Shown here: piece by piece, positions 1 to 10,019 of the stretch
Numbering within the stretch: position 1 is the stretch's first letter
Layout: each line of letters opens with the position of its first letter
Made by a program: the position numbers and the translations under genes
Notes under the pieces: generated by a model
Databases searched by the model: none
Seen by the model: the letters and a program-made list of their open reading frames with translations, nothing else
What the model was told of the DNA's origin: nothing
Origin: Bacillota bacterium
GTDB lineage: Bacteria > Bacillota > Sulfobacillia > Fermentithermobacillales > Fermentithermobacillaceae
Direction: 5' to 3'
Assembly: GCA_040766225.1 (NCBI GenBank)
Contig: JAXGQX010000007.1
Coordinates: 10,446-74,445 of the forward strand
Length of the DNA: 64,000 bases

Positions 1-525
1 GCTAAACGTGGCGGACAGGATACATCCGGCGCACGCTATGGTGCCCAGCTTGCCGCCGAAGCCGTTGAAGACATCTTGAGCCAGAACGTAGATCGCCCCG
101 GCAACCGCCGCGGCCAGAAGCAACTGAGCGCTATCCAGCACCTTGGGAGAAGCCATTCCGACAAACCCGCCGCAGTAGAGCGGGACCGCGTAAGCGGGCA
201 TCAACACCCCCGCCAACACACCTACCAGGGCGGCCGCCACTACGGCACCCAGCCCCATACTGACGTTGAGCCAGTACGAGACCACACCGCCTACGAATAC
301 AGACAAGAATAAGTACAAGTCCTTGGTTGGAAACAGCGGGCCTTTCCACGGCGCAGTCACGGCTCCTCTTTCAAGGTAGAAGCCGTACAACAGGAACAAC
401 GCCGCGATACCGATCACAATGGCGACAAACGGGTTCTCGCTCACGGCCACTTTGAGAGCATAGTAGTAAAGCAGCCCTGCTGTAGCCGCGAGCATAAGAA
501 ACCCTGCCCATCGTTTGGCAATCAC
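1..525 (-). CDS. integral membrane protein of unrecognised family, 3'-partial (runs off the window edge)
   Basis: The minus strand is open for 175 codons from the GTG at 525 to position 1. A GGAGG lies at 536-540. The translation 'VIAKRWAGFLMLAATAGLLYYYALK...GFGGKLGTIACAGCILSATFS' is strongly hydrophobic with several TM-like stretches. It is absent from the ORF track, probably because no stop lies inside the window. Confidence 0.5.
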   Translation of the reverse strand, partial: MIAKRWAGFLMLAATAGLLYYYALKVAVSENPFVAIVIGIAALFLLYGFYLERGAVTAPWKGPLFPTKDLYLFLSVFVGGVVSYWLNVSMGLGAVVAAALVGVLAGVLMPAYAVPLYCGGFVGMASPKVLDSAQLLLAAAVAGAIYVLAQDVFNGFGGKLGTIACAGCILSATFS

Positions 526-558
526 ATTTCTCGCCTCCAACTTCGTAAGATGCGAAAG

Positions 559-1938
559 CTATGTTCGAGCCATCCTCTCCGGATGGGAATATACGTTGAA
601 CCTACGGTTTCTGACGAATCCGACCACCGTTACCCCGAGTTTTTCGGCTAGGATAACACCTTTGTCCGTAGGAGGAGCCTTTGACGCTATCAGCCCTATC
701 CCGCAAGTCGCCGCCTTTTGGACCATCTCCCAATTGACGCGTCCGGTGGTGACCAGATATTTGTCGGCAAAGGAATCTCCGTTCAAAAGGCACTGCCCCA
801 AGACCCGGTCCACAGCATTGTGCCTGCTTATATCCTCACTCCAATACACGATACCACAAGGAGCGCACAATCCGGCAGCGTGAGCGGCTCCTGTCAGCCC
901 AAAAAGCGGAGATTTTCGTAAGAGCTCATCTACGTTAAGAGAGACAGAACCAGGCGGGACCCTAAGCGGATTCCCGGTAAGACCCGTCCCGTTATCCCGG
1001 CTAACGTCGTCTCGCCGTTCACCTGCGCTCACTTTGACCTGCGGTGACTCTGCGCCTTCAACTCTCACGCTAACCGGTTGACACGGATGGATAAGTCCTT
1101 CGGACAGGAGATGCCCGACCGCCAGTGACTCTAGACTATGGGGAGAGCATTGGATCTTCCGTACTATCTCCCCATTTAGGAACACTTCGACCTCAATCTC
1201 CGCGATCACCATATCGTCTGATTCGGAGCTGCTCTCGGAGTCCTCCCCCGCGTCACGGATCTTCCTGACCTTGACCACGCGGTAGGCGCTTCTATCAGCC
1301 TCCGCGACTCCGCTATCCCGGATTTCTTCCCCTTGCCCAGGGTCCCCCATCAAACGCCTAATGTTCTCCAAGTCTTCCTTCGTGTTGATGTTAACGAAGG
1401 ACGTAAGACCCGGGTCTCTCGCCCGAAGCTCCTTTTCATCCGCGTAGACAGTGTTTACGTCCTCAAAGAAGCCTCTCACCCGAAGGTCGTTGGCTCCCAA
1501 CCTATTCTCGATGAAGGGAATGCAACTCGTGGAATACAAGGCAAACAACGGCTCGATGGCGGAACCGAATCTGGGCACAAAAGCATCGCAGCCCTTGCAG
1601 GCATCCACCATCCAGCGCACCAGCTCAGGCCTGATATACGGCATGTCGCAGGCGACCACAAAGGCGTACGGAGTCGATACGGCTTTGAGGGCGCTGTAGA
1701 TGCCTACAAGCGCCCCCGTCTTGCCTGTAACCGCGTCTGCGATTACCTCAACACCGGGCAGTTTCATCCCATAGGCGTCCTTGGCAACCACAACGACCTC
1801 GGGAAACACTTCCCGTAGCCGCTCTATGGCGTGGACTATCATTTGCTTTCCGCCCACCACCAAGGACGCCTTGTCGACGCCCATGCGCCTGCTCTGGCCT
1901 CCGGCAAGGACTACTCCGGTGACGTAGTCAGTCTTCAC
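559..1938 (-). CDS. fdhD: MobA (molybdenum cofactor guanylyltransferase) fused to an FdhD-like formate dehydrogenase accessory domain
   Basis: 459-aa ORF. The N-terminus carries 'VVLAGGQSRRMGVDKASL', a MobA signature. An acidic Ser-rich linker 'GEDSESSSESDD' follows. The C-terminus carries 'WSEDISRHNAVDRVLG...TTGRVNWEMVQKAATCGIGLIASKAPPT', typical of the FdhD family. The ORF overlaps the fdhA stop by 11 nt, suggesting translational coupling. Confidence 0.85.
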   Translation of the reverse strand: MKTDYVTGVVLAGGQSRRMGVDKASLVVGGKQMIVHAIERLREVFPEVVVVAKDAYGMKLPGVEVIADAVTGKTGALVGIYSALKAVSTPYAFVVACDMPYIRPELVRWMVDACKGCDAFVPRFGSAIEPLFALYSTSCIPFIENRLGANDLRVRGFFEDVNTVYADEKELRARDPGLTSFVNINTKEDLENIRRLMGDPGQGEEIRDSGVAEADRSAYRVVKVRKIRDAGEDSESSSESDDMVIAEIEVEVFLNGEIVRKIQCSPHSLESLAVGHLLSEGLIHPCQPVSVRVEGAESPQVKVSAGERRDDVSRDNGTGLTGNPLRVPPGSVSLNVDELLRKSPLFGLTGAAHAAGLCAPCGIVYWSEDISRHNAVDRVLGQCLLNGDSFADKYLVTTGRVNWEMVQKAATCGIGLIASKAPPTDKGVILAEKLGVTVVGFVRNRRFNVYSHPERMART

Positions 1939-4664
1939 ACGAAGCCCCGGCGACTTCCTGGCAAGCGCACTTGCAGTCCAGTTTTTCCACCTTTACCGCG
2001 CACGCCTTAAACTCGGGAATCTTGGACTTCGGGTCAAGCGCCGCGTTGGTCAGCACGTTGGCCGCCGCTTCCGCGAAGTGGAACGGCATGAACACCACTC
2101 CCGGAGCCGGCCTGGGTGTAACCATCGCCTTGACCTCGATCTGGCCTCTTCTGGAAGAGACCTTTACCTTTTCTCCATCGGCGATCCCCAACTCTTCCGC
2201 TGTATCAGGATGGATCTCGATGTAACCCTCGGGCTTGTGCTGGTGAAGCCCCTTGGACCGGCGGGTCATTGAGCCGGTGTGGAAGTGATACAACATCCGG
2301 CCCGTCGTGAGCGCCAAGGGATACTCCTCATCCGGCACTTCGGCAGGCGGAACGTGCTCAACGGCGCTAAACAACCCTAAACCGCGCGAGAACTTGCCCT
2401 TGTGTAGATACGGAGTGCCGGGATGGTCGCTACTCGGACACGGCCATTGCAGTCCGTTACCCATCAGCCTGTCGTGGGTGATACCTCCGTAGATCGGCGT
2501 CAAGGACGCAACTTCTTCCATGATCTCGGCAGTGGAGTCGTACTTCATCTCGTGCCCCATGCGAGAGGCTATGTCGCAGATAATCTTCCAGTCGGACCGG
2601 GCCTCTCCCGGAGCCTTAACCGCAGGCTTCAGAAGCTGCACGCGCCTCTCGGTATTGGTGAAAGTGCCGTCTTCCTCCGCGAAGCTGGTTGCCGGCAAGA
2701 TCACGTCCGCAAGTTTGGCGGTCTCGGTCAGGAAGATGTCCTGGACAACCAAGAAGTCCAGTTTTTCCAAAGCCGCCTTGACGTGGTTTAGGTCAGGGTC
2801 TGAAACCATGGGGTTCTCGCCCATGATGTAGATCGCCTTCAGTTTGCCATCGTAGGCCGCGTTAATAGCCTCTGTGACCGTCAACCCGATGTTGCCCGGC
2901 AGAGTGCGTCCCCAAGCCTTCTCGAATTTAGCCCTAATCTCAGGGTTGGTCACAGTCTGGTATCCCGAGTACCCGTTGGGGAGCGCTCCCATATCGCATG
3001 CTCCCTGAACGTTGTTCTGCCCACGCAAGGGGTTCACTCCGGCGCTAGGCTTGCCTAGGTTGCCGGTGAGCATAGCCAGATTGGCCGACGTAAGCACGTT
3101 GTCGGTCCCACAGGCGTGCTGCGTGATCCCCATGGAGTAGATGATAGAAGCGGAACCGGCTTTGGCATACTCCACCGCTGCCTCCACGATCTTCTCTGCC
3201 GGGACACCTGTGATCTCGGACACTCTCTCCGGCGTGTAGGTAGACACGCACTTTTTGAGGGCCTCGAAGTTCTCGGTGCGAGTCTCCACAAACTCCTTGT
3301 TGTACAGACCCTTCTCGAGAATGACGTTCATCATGCCGTTCATAAGCGCAATATCGCTTCCCGGCATATGCTGCACAAACACGTCCGCGAGCTGGGCAAG
3401 CTCTGTCCTGCGCGGGTCCGCCACTATAAGCTTGGCCCCACGCTTCAGGGCTTCTTTGACTTGGAGAGCGATAACCGGATGGTTCTCGGTAGTGTTGGAA
3501 CCGATAATGAAGATGGCGTCGGCACCCGAAATCTCGCCAATGGAGTTGGTCATGGCACCGCTGCCAAATGCCGCAGCCAATCCCGCCACCGTGGAGGCGT
3601 GGCAGAGCCTGGCGCAGTGGTCTACGTTGTTGGTTCCCAGGCATGCCCGGGCGAACTTCTGCATTACAAAGTTCACTTCGTTGGAGACCTTTGCTGACGA
3701 GAAGCAGGCGACCGAGTCCGGACCGTTGTCCTTGACGTAACCGGACAGCTTGGAGGCTACAAGATCAAGAGCTTCGTCCCAGGTCGCTGTCCTGAATGTA
3801 CCGTCTTCCTTCCTTATCAGAGGAGTCGTCAACCTATCTGGGTGCTGCACAAAGTCGACGCCGAACCTACCCTTAACGCAGGTAAGGCCGTGGTTGACTG
3901 GACCGTCCGCCCCAGAGGCCCCAACAATCTTCCCGTTCTTCACGTGGATGTTGATCATGCAACCGGTGCCGCAGTATGGACACACAGTCGCGATCTTTTG
4001 GATTTCCCAGGTACGCCCCTTGCCAATGCTCTGCTTTGGAGTAAGGGCTCCCACCGGGCAGACCTGAACGCAGTTGCCGCAGAACACACACGTTGAGTTC
4101 TCGAGCGGCTCGCCGTGAGGAGGCCTGACCTTGGTGTCGTAGCCCCGCCCGACGAACCCGATAGCGCTCACGCCCTGGACTTCTTGGCACACAGCGCTGC
4201 AACGTCCACACAGAATGCACTTGGACAGATCCCGCTGGATGAACGGGTTTGTTTCGTCCAGTTCAGGGGTCTTGTGGAAGACGCCGTACCTCTCCGGATC
4301 GGCGCCGTACTCGTAAGCGTACTCCTGGAGCTTGCATTCTCCGTTCTTCTCACAGTTCAGGCAGTCTGTCCTGTGGCTGGACAGGAAGAGCTCCAGCACG
4401 GTGCGCCTAGCCTTCCTCACCTTTTCGGAATCAGTGTGTACTACCATCCCGTTTCCTACCGGGGTAGTACAAGCCGTCTGAAGTGTCTTTGCCCTCTCGA
4501 TTTCCACCAGGCACATCCGGCATCTGCCGCCTGTACCGGGGACGTCCTTTAGGTAGCATAGTTGAGGATCTCTATGCCCATCGCCTGAGCTGCTTCCAGA
4601 ACCGTGGTACCGGCCGGAACGGTCGCACTTCGCTGCCGTCAATCGTAAGGCTTACCGTGGCCAT
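1928..4664 (-). CDS. fdhA: formate dehydrogenase catalytic (alpha) subunit, Mo/W-bisPGD, Cys-type, with N-terminal 2Fe-2S/4Fe-4S domains; 5' end has two 1-nt frame breaks
   Basis: 904-aa ORF with FeS motifs 'CxxCxxC' and the active-site stretch 'VDHCARLCHASTVAGL' (Cys where Sec-type enzymes have U). The likely true start is the ATG at 4664, behind AGGAGGAGGA (4671-4680). The N-terminus reads in three frames: 'MATVSLTIDGSEV', then 'ATVPAGTTVLEAAQAMGIEI', then 'PQLCYLKDVPGTGGRCRMC'. Confidence 0.9.
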
Positions 4665-4712
4665 GGCCCTTCCTCCTCCTAACGTATGGATCGGCTCTCA
4701 AGGCTCTCTCTG

Positions 4713-4752
4713 GAAAAAGAGGGTCCCAACAGACACAGAAGTGTTGGGACCC
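4713..4752 (-). terminator. rho-independent terminator between hydA and fdhA
   Basis: On the minus strand: GGGTCCCAACA-cttctgtgtc-TGTTGGGACCC, a perfect 11-bp stem, followed by TCTTTTTCC. It lies 27 nt downstream of the hydA stop. Confidence 0.75.
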
Positions 4753-4778
4753 TGCTGCGACCAAACTGCTCCTAGTGC

Positions 4779-6576
4779 TTAGTTGTCTCCGGTCGACCCG
4801 CTATGCCCGTCTGATGCGGCCGCCACACCCTCTAACTCGACAGTAGTCACCCCATGCTTCACGGTCATTGTACCGTGCCTTGGCCTTCGACCGTAATGGG
4901 TATGCAAGAGCTCGTGGGATTTGTGGCCCAGGGGCGCTCCCAAGAACGTCTTGTAGAGTTCCTGAACGGCCGGATTCTCGTGGGACTTCCGCAAGGGCAA
5001 TCCGCGATCGGCCTCATAGATGGCTGCGATGCGCTTCTCGCGGATTGCGGTATCGGTGGGAATCGGCTGGCCGCCTCCTCCGATGCATCCGCCGGGGCAA
5101 GTCATGATCTCGATGAAGTGGAACTGCTCTTCACCGGACTTGACTTTGTCTAGGATTATCTTGGCGTTGGATAGAGTATGGGCGACAGCGACCTTTACTT
5201 CCAGCCCGTTAAGGTTCACAGTGCCCGTCTTAAGCCCGGTAAGACCGCGCACGTTCTCGAAGTCGACTTTCTCGAGAGTCTTGCCGGTCACTATCTCGTA
5301 CACGGTCCTAAGAGCCGCTTCCATGACCCCACCGGTTGCGCCGAAGATCACTCCCGCGCCCGTACCTATGCCAAACGGAGCGTCGTACTCCTCATCCGGG
5401 AGATTCCTAAAGTCCAAACCGACTTCCTTAATCATTCGCGCAAGCTCTCGCACAGTGAGGACATAGTCAACGTCCTGGTAACCCGAGTCTCTCATTTCGG
5501 GACGCTGACACTCGAACTTCTTCGCAGTGCAAGGCATGATGGACACCGATACTATGTCCTTGGGATCGATGCCTGCCTTCTCGGCGTAAAAAGTCTTCGC
5601 CAGAGCGCCGAACATCTGCTGGGGGGACTTGCAGGAGGAGACGTTATCAGCCAGTTCGGGATAGAACTCCTCCATGTACTTAATCCAGCCCGGGCTGCAG
5701 ATGTGATTAAGGAAGGGCCTCGCTGACTCTCGAAGCTCGGAGCCTTCCTCGAGGATGGTCAAGTCGGCAGTGAAATCGGTGTCAAACACCCTATCAAAGC
5801 CGAGAGCGCGCAAGGCCGCCACCATCTTGCCCGTGCTGATGCTGCCCGGTTCCAATCCGAGAGGCTCCGCCTATGGCAACTCTCGTGGCCGGCGCAGTCT
5901 GGACCACAACGTGCTTTGAGGGGTCCTGAAACCGCCCAAACCTCGGCGTAGTCTCGCTCGTACAAAGCGCCCACCGGGCACACCAGCACACTGGCCGCAC
6001 TGAACGCATGAACTACCGCCCATATTCTCGCTCCCGGGGCGGGACCTATAACAGTATCCATCCCGCGTCGAAACGGACCTGTAAGCGTTAACGCCCTGGA
6101 TCTTCTCGCAGACAGACACACAGCGCCTGCACAAGATGCGCACTGGATCCCGAACGATGGCCGGAGTCAGAAACGTCCACGGGCCGTTCCTCACGAGACT
6201 GCCCCTCGAAGCGCACGCGCCTTATTCCCAGCCTCTCGGCTGAGTCTGGAAGCTCGCGGTTGAGGTTCCTCGGGCACGTGGGGCACTCGAACAGATGGTC
6301 CGACAGAATCAACTCCACTATGGCCTTGCGTGCGGCTCATGCGCTGGGCGTGTTCGTATGGACCACCACATCCCGTTCGCCACGGATCACACGAAGCCTG
6401 CAATGTCTTTCACTCTTTCGATCTCAACCACGCACACGCGGCAGCTGCCTATCCACGTTGATGTCCTTAAGGTAGCAGAGACTGGGGATATCGACTCCGA
6501 TGGACTTCGCCGCCTCGATAATCGGGGTTCCCTCGGGCACTGTTACCTGCTTTCCATCTATGGTTAACGTCACCAT
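4779..6576 (-). pseudogene. hydA: [FeFe]-hydrogenase large subunit (HydA-like); H-cluster domain open, N-terminal FeS domains riddled with frameshifts as sequenced
   Basis: The fragment 4779-5855 carries H-cluster motifs 'MPCTAKKFE' and 'EIMTCPGGCIGGGGQP'. Upstream, fragments in three frames read '[38 protein letters not shown]', 'ELILSDHLFECPTCPRN', 'ILCRRCVSVCEKIQGVNA' and 'CVQCGQCA..CPVGALYE'. The start ATG at 6576 sits behind GGAGGTG. Confidence 0.85.
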
Positions 6577-6595
6577 CGCCAATGAAGGTCACCTC

Positions 6596-8118
6596 CTATT
6601 CCTTCACATCGCAGCGCAAGCATCGAGACGCTTCTCGCTGCGCAGTGCGCGCGTCGTATCCAGGATTCTACTTCGGCGAAGGAGTTCAGACGGCTGACCA
6701 TTGCCGCCGTTTTGCAGTGACTCCTCTGCATTTTATCCTCAACAATGGGAGCGGAGAGTTTCCTGGCCCACTCGAGTTTTGGCACAACAGCGCCGTCGCC
6801 GCCTGGAAATTTGCAGGTCGATGGAGGCAGCCATAGCTGCCCCGCTCCGATAGCCTCGACCACGGTGGCGGGACCAGTCTGGCGGTCTCCGCCGGCAGGC
6901 CTTCCCTTATGGAGGTGGCCATGGTCAGGGATCGACCTTGAAGGTTCGCCGCTCGATCGGCAGGCCGCTCTTCTCGAAGGGCTCAGTGTCGGGCACCTGG
7001 CCTATCGCCGCGATAAACGTCGCGCGGCATGTCGAAGTCGCTGCCTTCCACCGGATCGGTCCTGCGCCGAGCTGTCAAACTCACCTGACTTCATGGAGAC
7101 GCAAGTGACGACGCCAGCACGCCGTCTTCGCCGCCTTTAGGGCCTTGGGGTTAACCATCAGGGAGAAAACAATGCCCTCTTCTTCCGCGGCATCGATTTC
7201 TTCCTTGGCTGCAGGCATATCCTCACGCCGTCTCCTGTAGACCACGGTTACCGATTCGGCTCCTAGCCGCCTGGCGGACCTGGCGGCATCCATCGCCACG
7301 TTCCCGGCGCCTACCACGACGACTTTCTTGCCCTTCAGGTTAACGTTCTTGCCCATGTTGATGTCCCTTAGGAACTCGGCTCCGGGCAACACTCCGTGGA
7401 GGTCCTCTCCGGGAATGCCGAGTTTCTGATCCTTATGGGCTCCGATAGCGACGAAGATGGCGTCATAGTCGGACTTGAGAGTGTCAAAAGATACGTCTGT
7501 CCCGACCCGGACTCCGGTCCTCACCTGAACGCCGAGTCCTTGGATTACCTCAATGTCCTTTTTCAGAGACGCCTTGGGCAACCGGTACTCTGGTATTCCG
7601 TATTGGAGCATACCTCCCGCCACGGGCAAAGCCTCAAACACCGTGACTGAGTGGCCTTTCAGGGCCAGGTAGTTGGCCGCGGATAGGCCGGCGGGGCCGC
7701 TTCCGATGATGGCGACCTTTTTGCCGGTCGTCGGAGCGACAGACGTCTTGGGCTTCGCGCCGTTGGGTCCTATAGCGAAGTCGGAGGCGAACCTCTTGAG
7801 TTCACGAATAGCCAGAGGTTCATCCAGCTGAGCCCTACGACATCTGGACTCGCACGGGTGGTTGCAGACTCGCCCGCAAACCACCGGGAAGGGATTTTCC
7901 CGGAAGACCTCCTCGTAGGCTTCCTGGAACTGGCCTTGCCTAATCAAGTCGATGTAGATCGGTACATCAACGTGGGCAGGGCAAGTGTTCTGGCACGGCG
8001 CGTCGAACAACGCCGCGCAGACGGAAGAGTCGCACCTCTTGTCCTTGATGTGCGTCTCGTACTCGTTGCGGAAGTACTTGATGGTTGATAGAACGGGGTT
8101 GGGCGCGCTCTGTCCCAA
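6596..8118 (-). pseudogene. GltD/NfnB-like NAD(P)H-FAD oxidoreductase module fused to the C-terminus of the NuoF-like protein; 3' third frameshifted
   Basis: ORF 7081-8118 contains, in one frame, the NuoF C-terminus '[23 protein letters not shown]' followed by GltD motifs: '[12 protein letters not shown]', '[16 protein letters not shown]', '[19 protein letters not shown]' and '[19 protein letters not shown]'. The rest of the domain continues to the TAG at 6596-6598 in shifting frames ('IAAIGQVPDTEPFEKSGLPIERRTFKVDP', 'GPATVVEAIGAGQ', 'EASRCLRCDVKE'). Confidence 0.8.
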
Positions 8119-8232
8119 ACCGCAAAGCGCGGTCTGCTTGATGGTCTCGCCGAGCTCAACCAGTTCCTCGATATCGCCCTCTTTGCCTTGGCCCCTGGTG
8201 ATCCTCTGGAGGATCTCAGCATCCTCTGGTCC

Positions 8233-9618
8233 CTACACGGCAAGGAGTGCACTTTCCGCAAGACTGGATTGCACGAATTCCAGGAAGAACTTGGCCAAGT
8301 CCACCATGCAGGTGTCTTCGTCCATAACAACGAAGCCGCCTGAACCCATGATCGTGCCCAGTGCAGCCAGGTTATCGTAGTCCACCGGCGTGTTAAGGTA
8401 CTGCACCGGGATGCAGCCACCGGATGGCCCGCCTGTCTGGACCGCCTTGAACTTCTTGCCATTAGGTATGCCTCCGCCGATCTCGTATACGATTTCCCCA
8501 ATGGTGGTTCCCATAGGCACTTCGGCCAAGCCGTTATTGTTGATCTTGCCGGCTAAAGCGAACACCTTGGTCCCCTTGGACTTCTCCGTGCCCATCGAAG
8601 CGAACCATTCCCAACCTTTTCGAACGATGGTCGGGACGTTGGCGAAAGACTCCACGTTGTTCAAGACGGTGGGCTTATTCCATAGACCCGAGTTGGCGGG
8701 GAAAGGAGGCCTGGGCCTCGGTTCGCCGCGCCGGCCCATAACCGAGTTCAGAAGCGCAGTCTCCTCGCCACATACAAATGCGCCCGCCCCGAGCCTGACA
8801 TCCAGGTCAAAGTCGAAGCCCGACCCCAGGATGTTCTTGCCCAACAGGCCGTACTCTCTGGCCTGGGCGATCGCCTTATAGAGGCGTTCCACCGCCAGCG
8901 GGTACTCGGCGCGGCAGTAGATGTAGCCTTGAGAGGCTCCCACCGCGTACCCCGCTATCGTCATGCCTTCGACCACCCTGTGAGGGTCGCCCTCAATTGT
9001 GGAACGGTCCATGAACGCGCCGGGATCTCCCTCGTCGGCGTTGCATACCACGTACTTGGGGCTTCCGACTGCCTTGGCGGTGAACTCCCACTTCAGACCG
9101 GTCGGAAAGCCTGCGCCTCCGCGACCGCGGAGCCCTGACTTCTTCACGAGGTCCACTACTTCTTCCGGCGTCATGCGAAGAGCCTTAGCCAGACCGAAAT
9201 ACCCGTCTCTGGCAATGTACTCCCTAATGGACTCCGGATTGATGATCCCGCAATTCTCAAGGACCACTCTGGTCTGCTTCTTGAAGAAGGGGATGTCCTG
9301 AAAGTCGACGACAGGCTTCTCTGTGGCCGGCTCCCTGTACAAGAGCCTGTCTACGACTCGACCCTTGACGATATGCTCCTCAATCAGCTCAACAACGTCC
9401 TCTTCCTGAACGCCGCAGTAAAAGACCCCTTCAGGATAGACCATCATGTTGGGACCAAAGCGGCAAAAGCCGAAGCAACCTGTTTCGATGACCTTAACTT
9501 CCTTGTCCAAGCCCGCCCTGGCTATTTCGGCCTCTAGAGCGGCCTTGAGAGGCAGGCTCCCCGAAGCGTGACAGCCAGTGCCCGAACAGACAAGGATGTG
9601 ACTGCGATAAAACTCCAT
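8233..9618 (-). CDS. hydB: NuoF/HydB-like flavoprotein subunit (FMN/NADH-binding) with N-terminal thioredoxin-like 2Fe-2S domain; same reading unit as 6596-8118
   Basis: Motifs seen: 'HILVCSGTGCHASG...CFGFC', 'SGLRGRGGAGFPTGLKW' and 'YVVCNADEGDPGAF'. The ORF ends in a burst of homopolymer indels at 8120-8260. The shifted frames there read 'ESCGKCTPCR.GTR' and '[41 protein letters not shown]'. Confidence 0.9.
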   Translation of the reverse strand: MEFYRSHILVCSGTGCHASGSLPLKAALEAEIARAGLDKEVKVIETGCFGFCRFGPNMMVYPEGVFYCGVQEEDVVELIEEHIVKGRVVDRLLYREPATEKPVVDFQDIPFFKKQTRVVLENCGIINPESIREYIARDGYFGLAKALRMTPEEVVDLVKKSGLRGRGGAGFPTGLKWEFTAKAVGSPKYVVCNADEGDPGAFMDRSTIEGDPHRVVEGMTIAGYAVGASQGYIYCRAEYPLAVERLYKAIAQAREYGLLGKNILGSGFDFDLDVRLGAGAFVCGEETALLNSVMGRRGEPRPRPPFPANSGLWNKPTVLNNVESFANVPTIVRKGWEWFASMGTEKSKGTKVFALAGKINNNGLAEVPMGTTIGEIVYEIGGGIPNGKKFKAVQTGGPSGGCIPVQYLNTPVDYDNLAALGTIMGSGGFVVMDEDTCMVDLAKFFLEFVQSSLAESALLAV

Positions 9619-9633
9619 AGGGCCTCTCCTCTC

Positions 9634-10005
9634 TTACTCTTCCTTACCCGCAGTGATGATGAGCTCTTGCACTGGCTGATGATTGACCACGTGTGAAGTC
9701 ACCAGTTGCCTGGCTTTGGCCGGCGTTACGTTCCCGTAGACTACCTTCTCGGCGCCGGGCAATTGGATCTCAACTATAGGCTCCTTAACACACAGTCCGA
9801 TGCACCCTGTCTCTGATACGGTTACATCCGTTTGGTGCCTCTTCTTAAGCTCGTCGATTAACGCCAGCATCGTCTCACGGGCTCCCGCGGCTATACCGCA
9901 GGTGCCCATCCCGATCACAACTTTGGCGCTTCCCGAGGAATCACGAAGACCAATCTCTTCGAGGGTCTCTTTCCTGACTCTTTCAAGATCCTCTATGGAC
10001 TTCAT
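9634..10005 (-). CDS. thioredoxin-like [2Fe-2S] ferredoxin
   Basis: 'MKSIEDLERVRKE...VVIGMGTCGIAAGA...ETGCIGLCVKEPIVEI'. The ATG at 10005 is preceded by GAGGAGG. The longer track ORF (to 10080) overlaps the upstream gene. Confidence 0.8.
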   Translation of the reverse strand: MKSIEDLERVRKETLEEIGLRDSSGSAKVVIGMGTCGIAAGARETMLALIDELKKRHQTDVTVSETGCIGLCVKEPIVEIQLPGAEKVVYGNVTPAKARQLVTSHVVNHQPVQELIITAGKEE

Positions 10006-10019
10006 TGTGAAACACCTCC

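Noticed and set aside
3045-3697. Long ORFs in the track that overlap fdhA in other frames or on the opposite strand (for example 3045-3644 minus and 3116-3697 plus). Similar cases are 27705-28553 plus inside ligA, 42657-43463 plus inside radC, and 15409-15873 minus opposite the DUF1538 gene.
   Set aside because: Each is fully overlapped by a gene with strong family motifs. Their translations are Arg/Pro/Gly/Ser-rich low-complexity sequence, typical of off-frame reading of GC-rich coding DNA. No RBS or homology signal is present.
1928-4664. Selenocysteine (in-frame TGA plus SECIS) in the formate dehydrogenase.
   Set aside because: The ORF is continuous. The active-site position reads Cys ('HCARLCHAST'), so this is a Cys-type enzyme with no recoding.
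4560-8260. Programmed ribosomal frameshifting as the cause of the frame changes in fdhA, hydA and nuoF-gltD.
   Set aside because: The shifts are too numerous, with several per 100 nt. They go in both directions and lack slippery heptamers or downstream structures. The same type also hits unrelated housekeeping genes.
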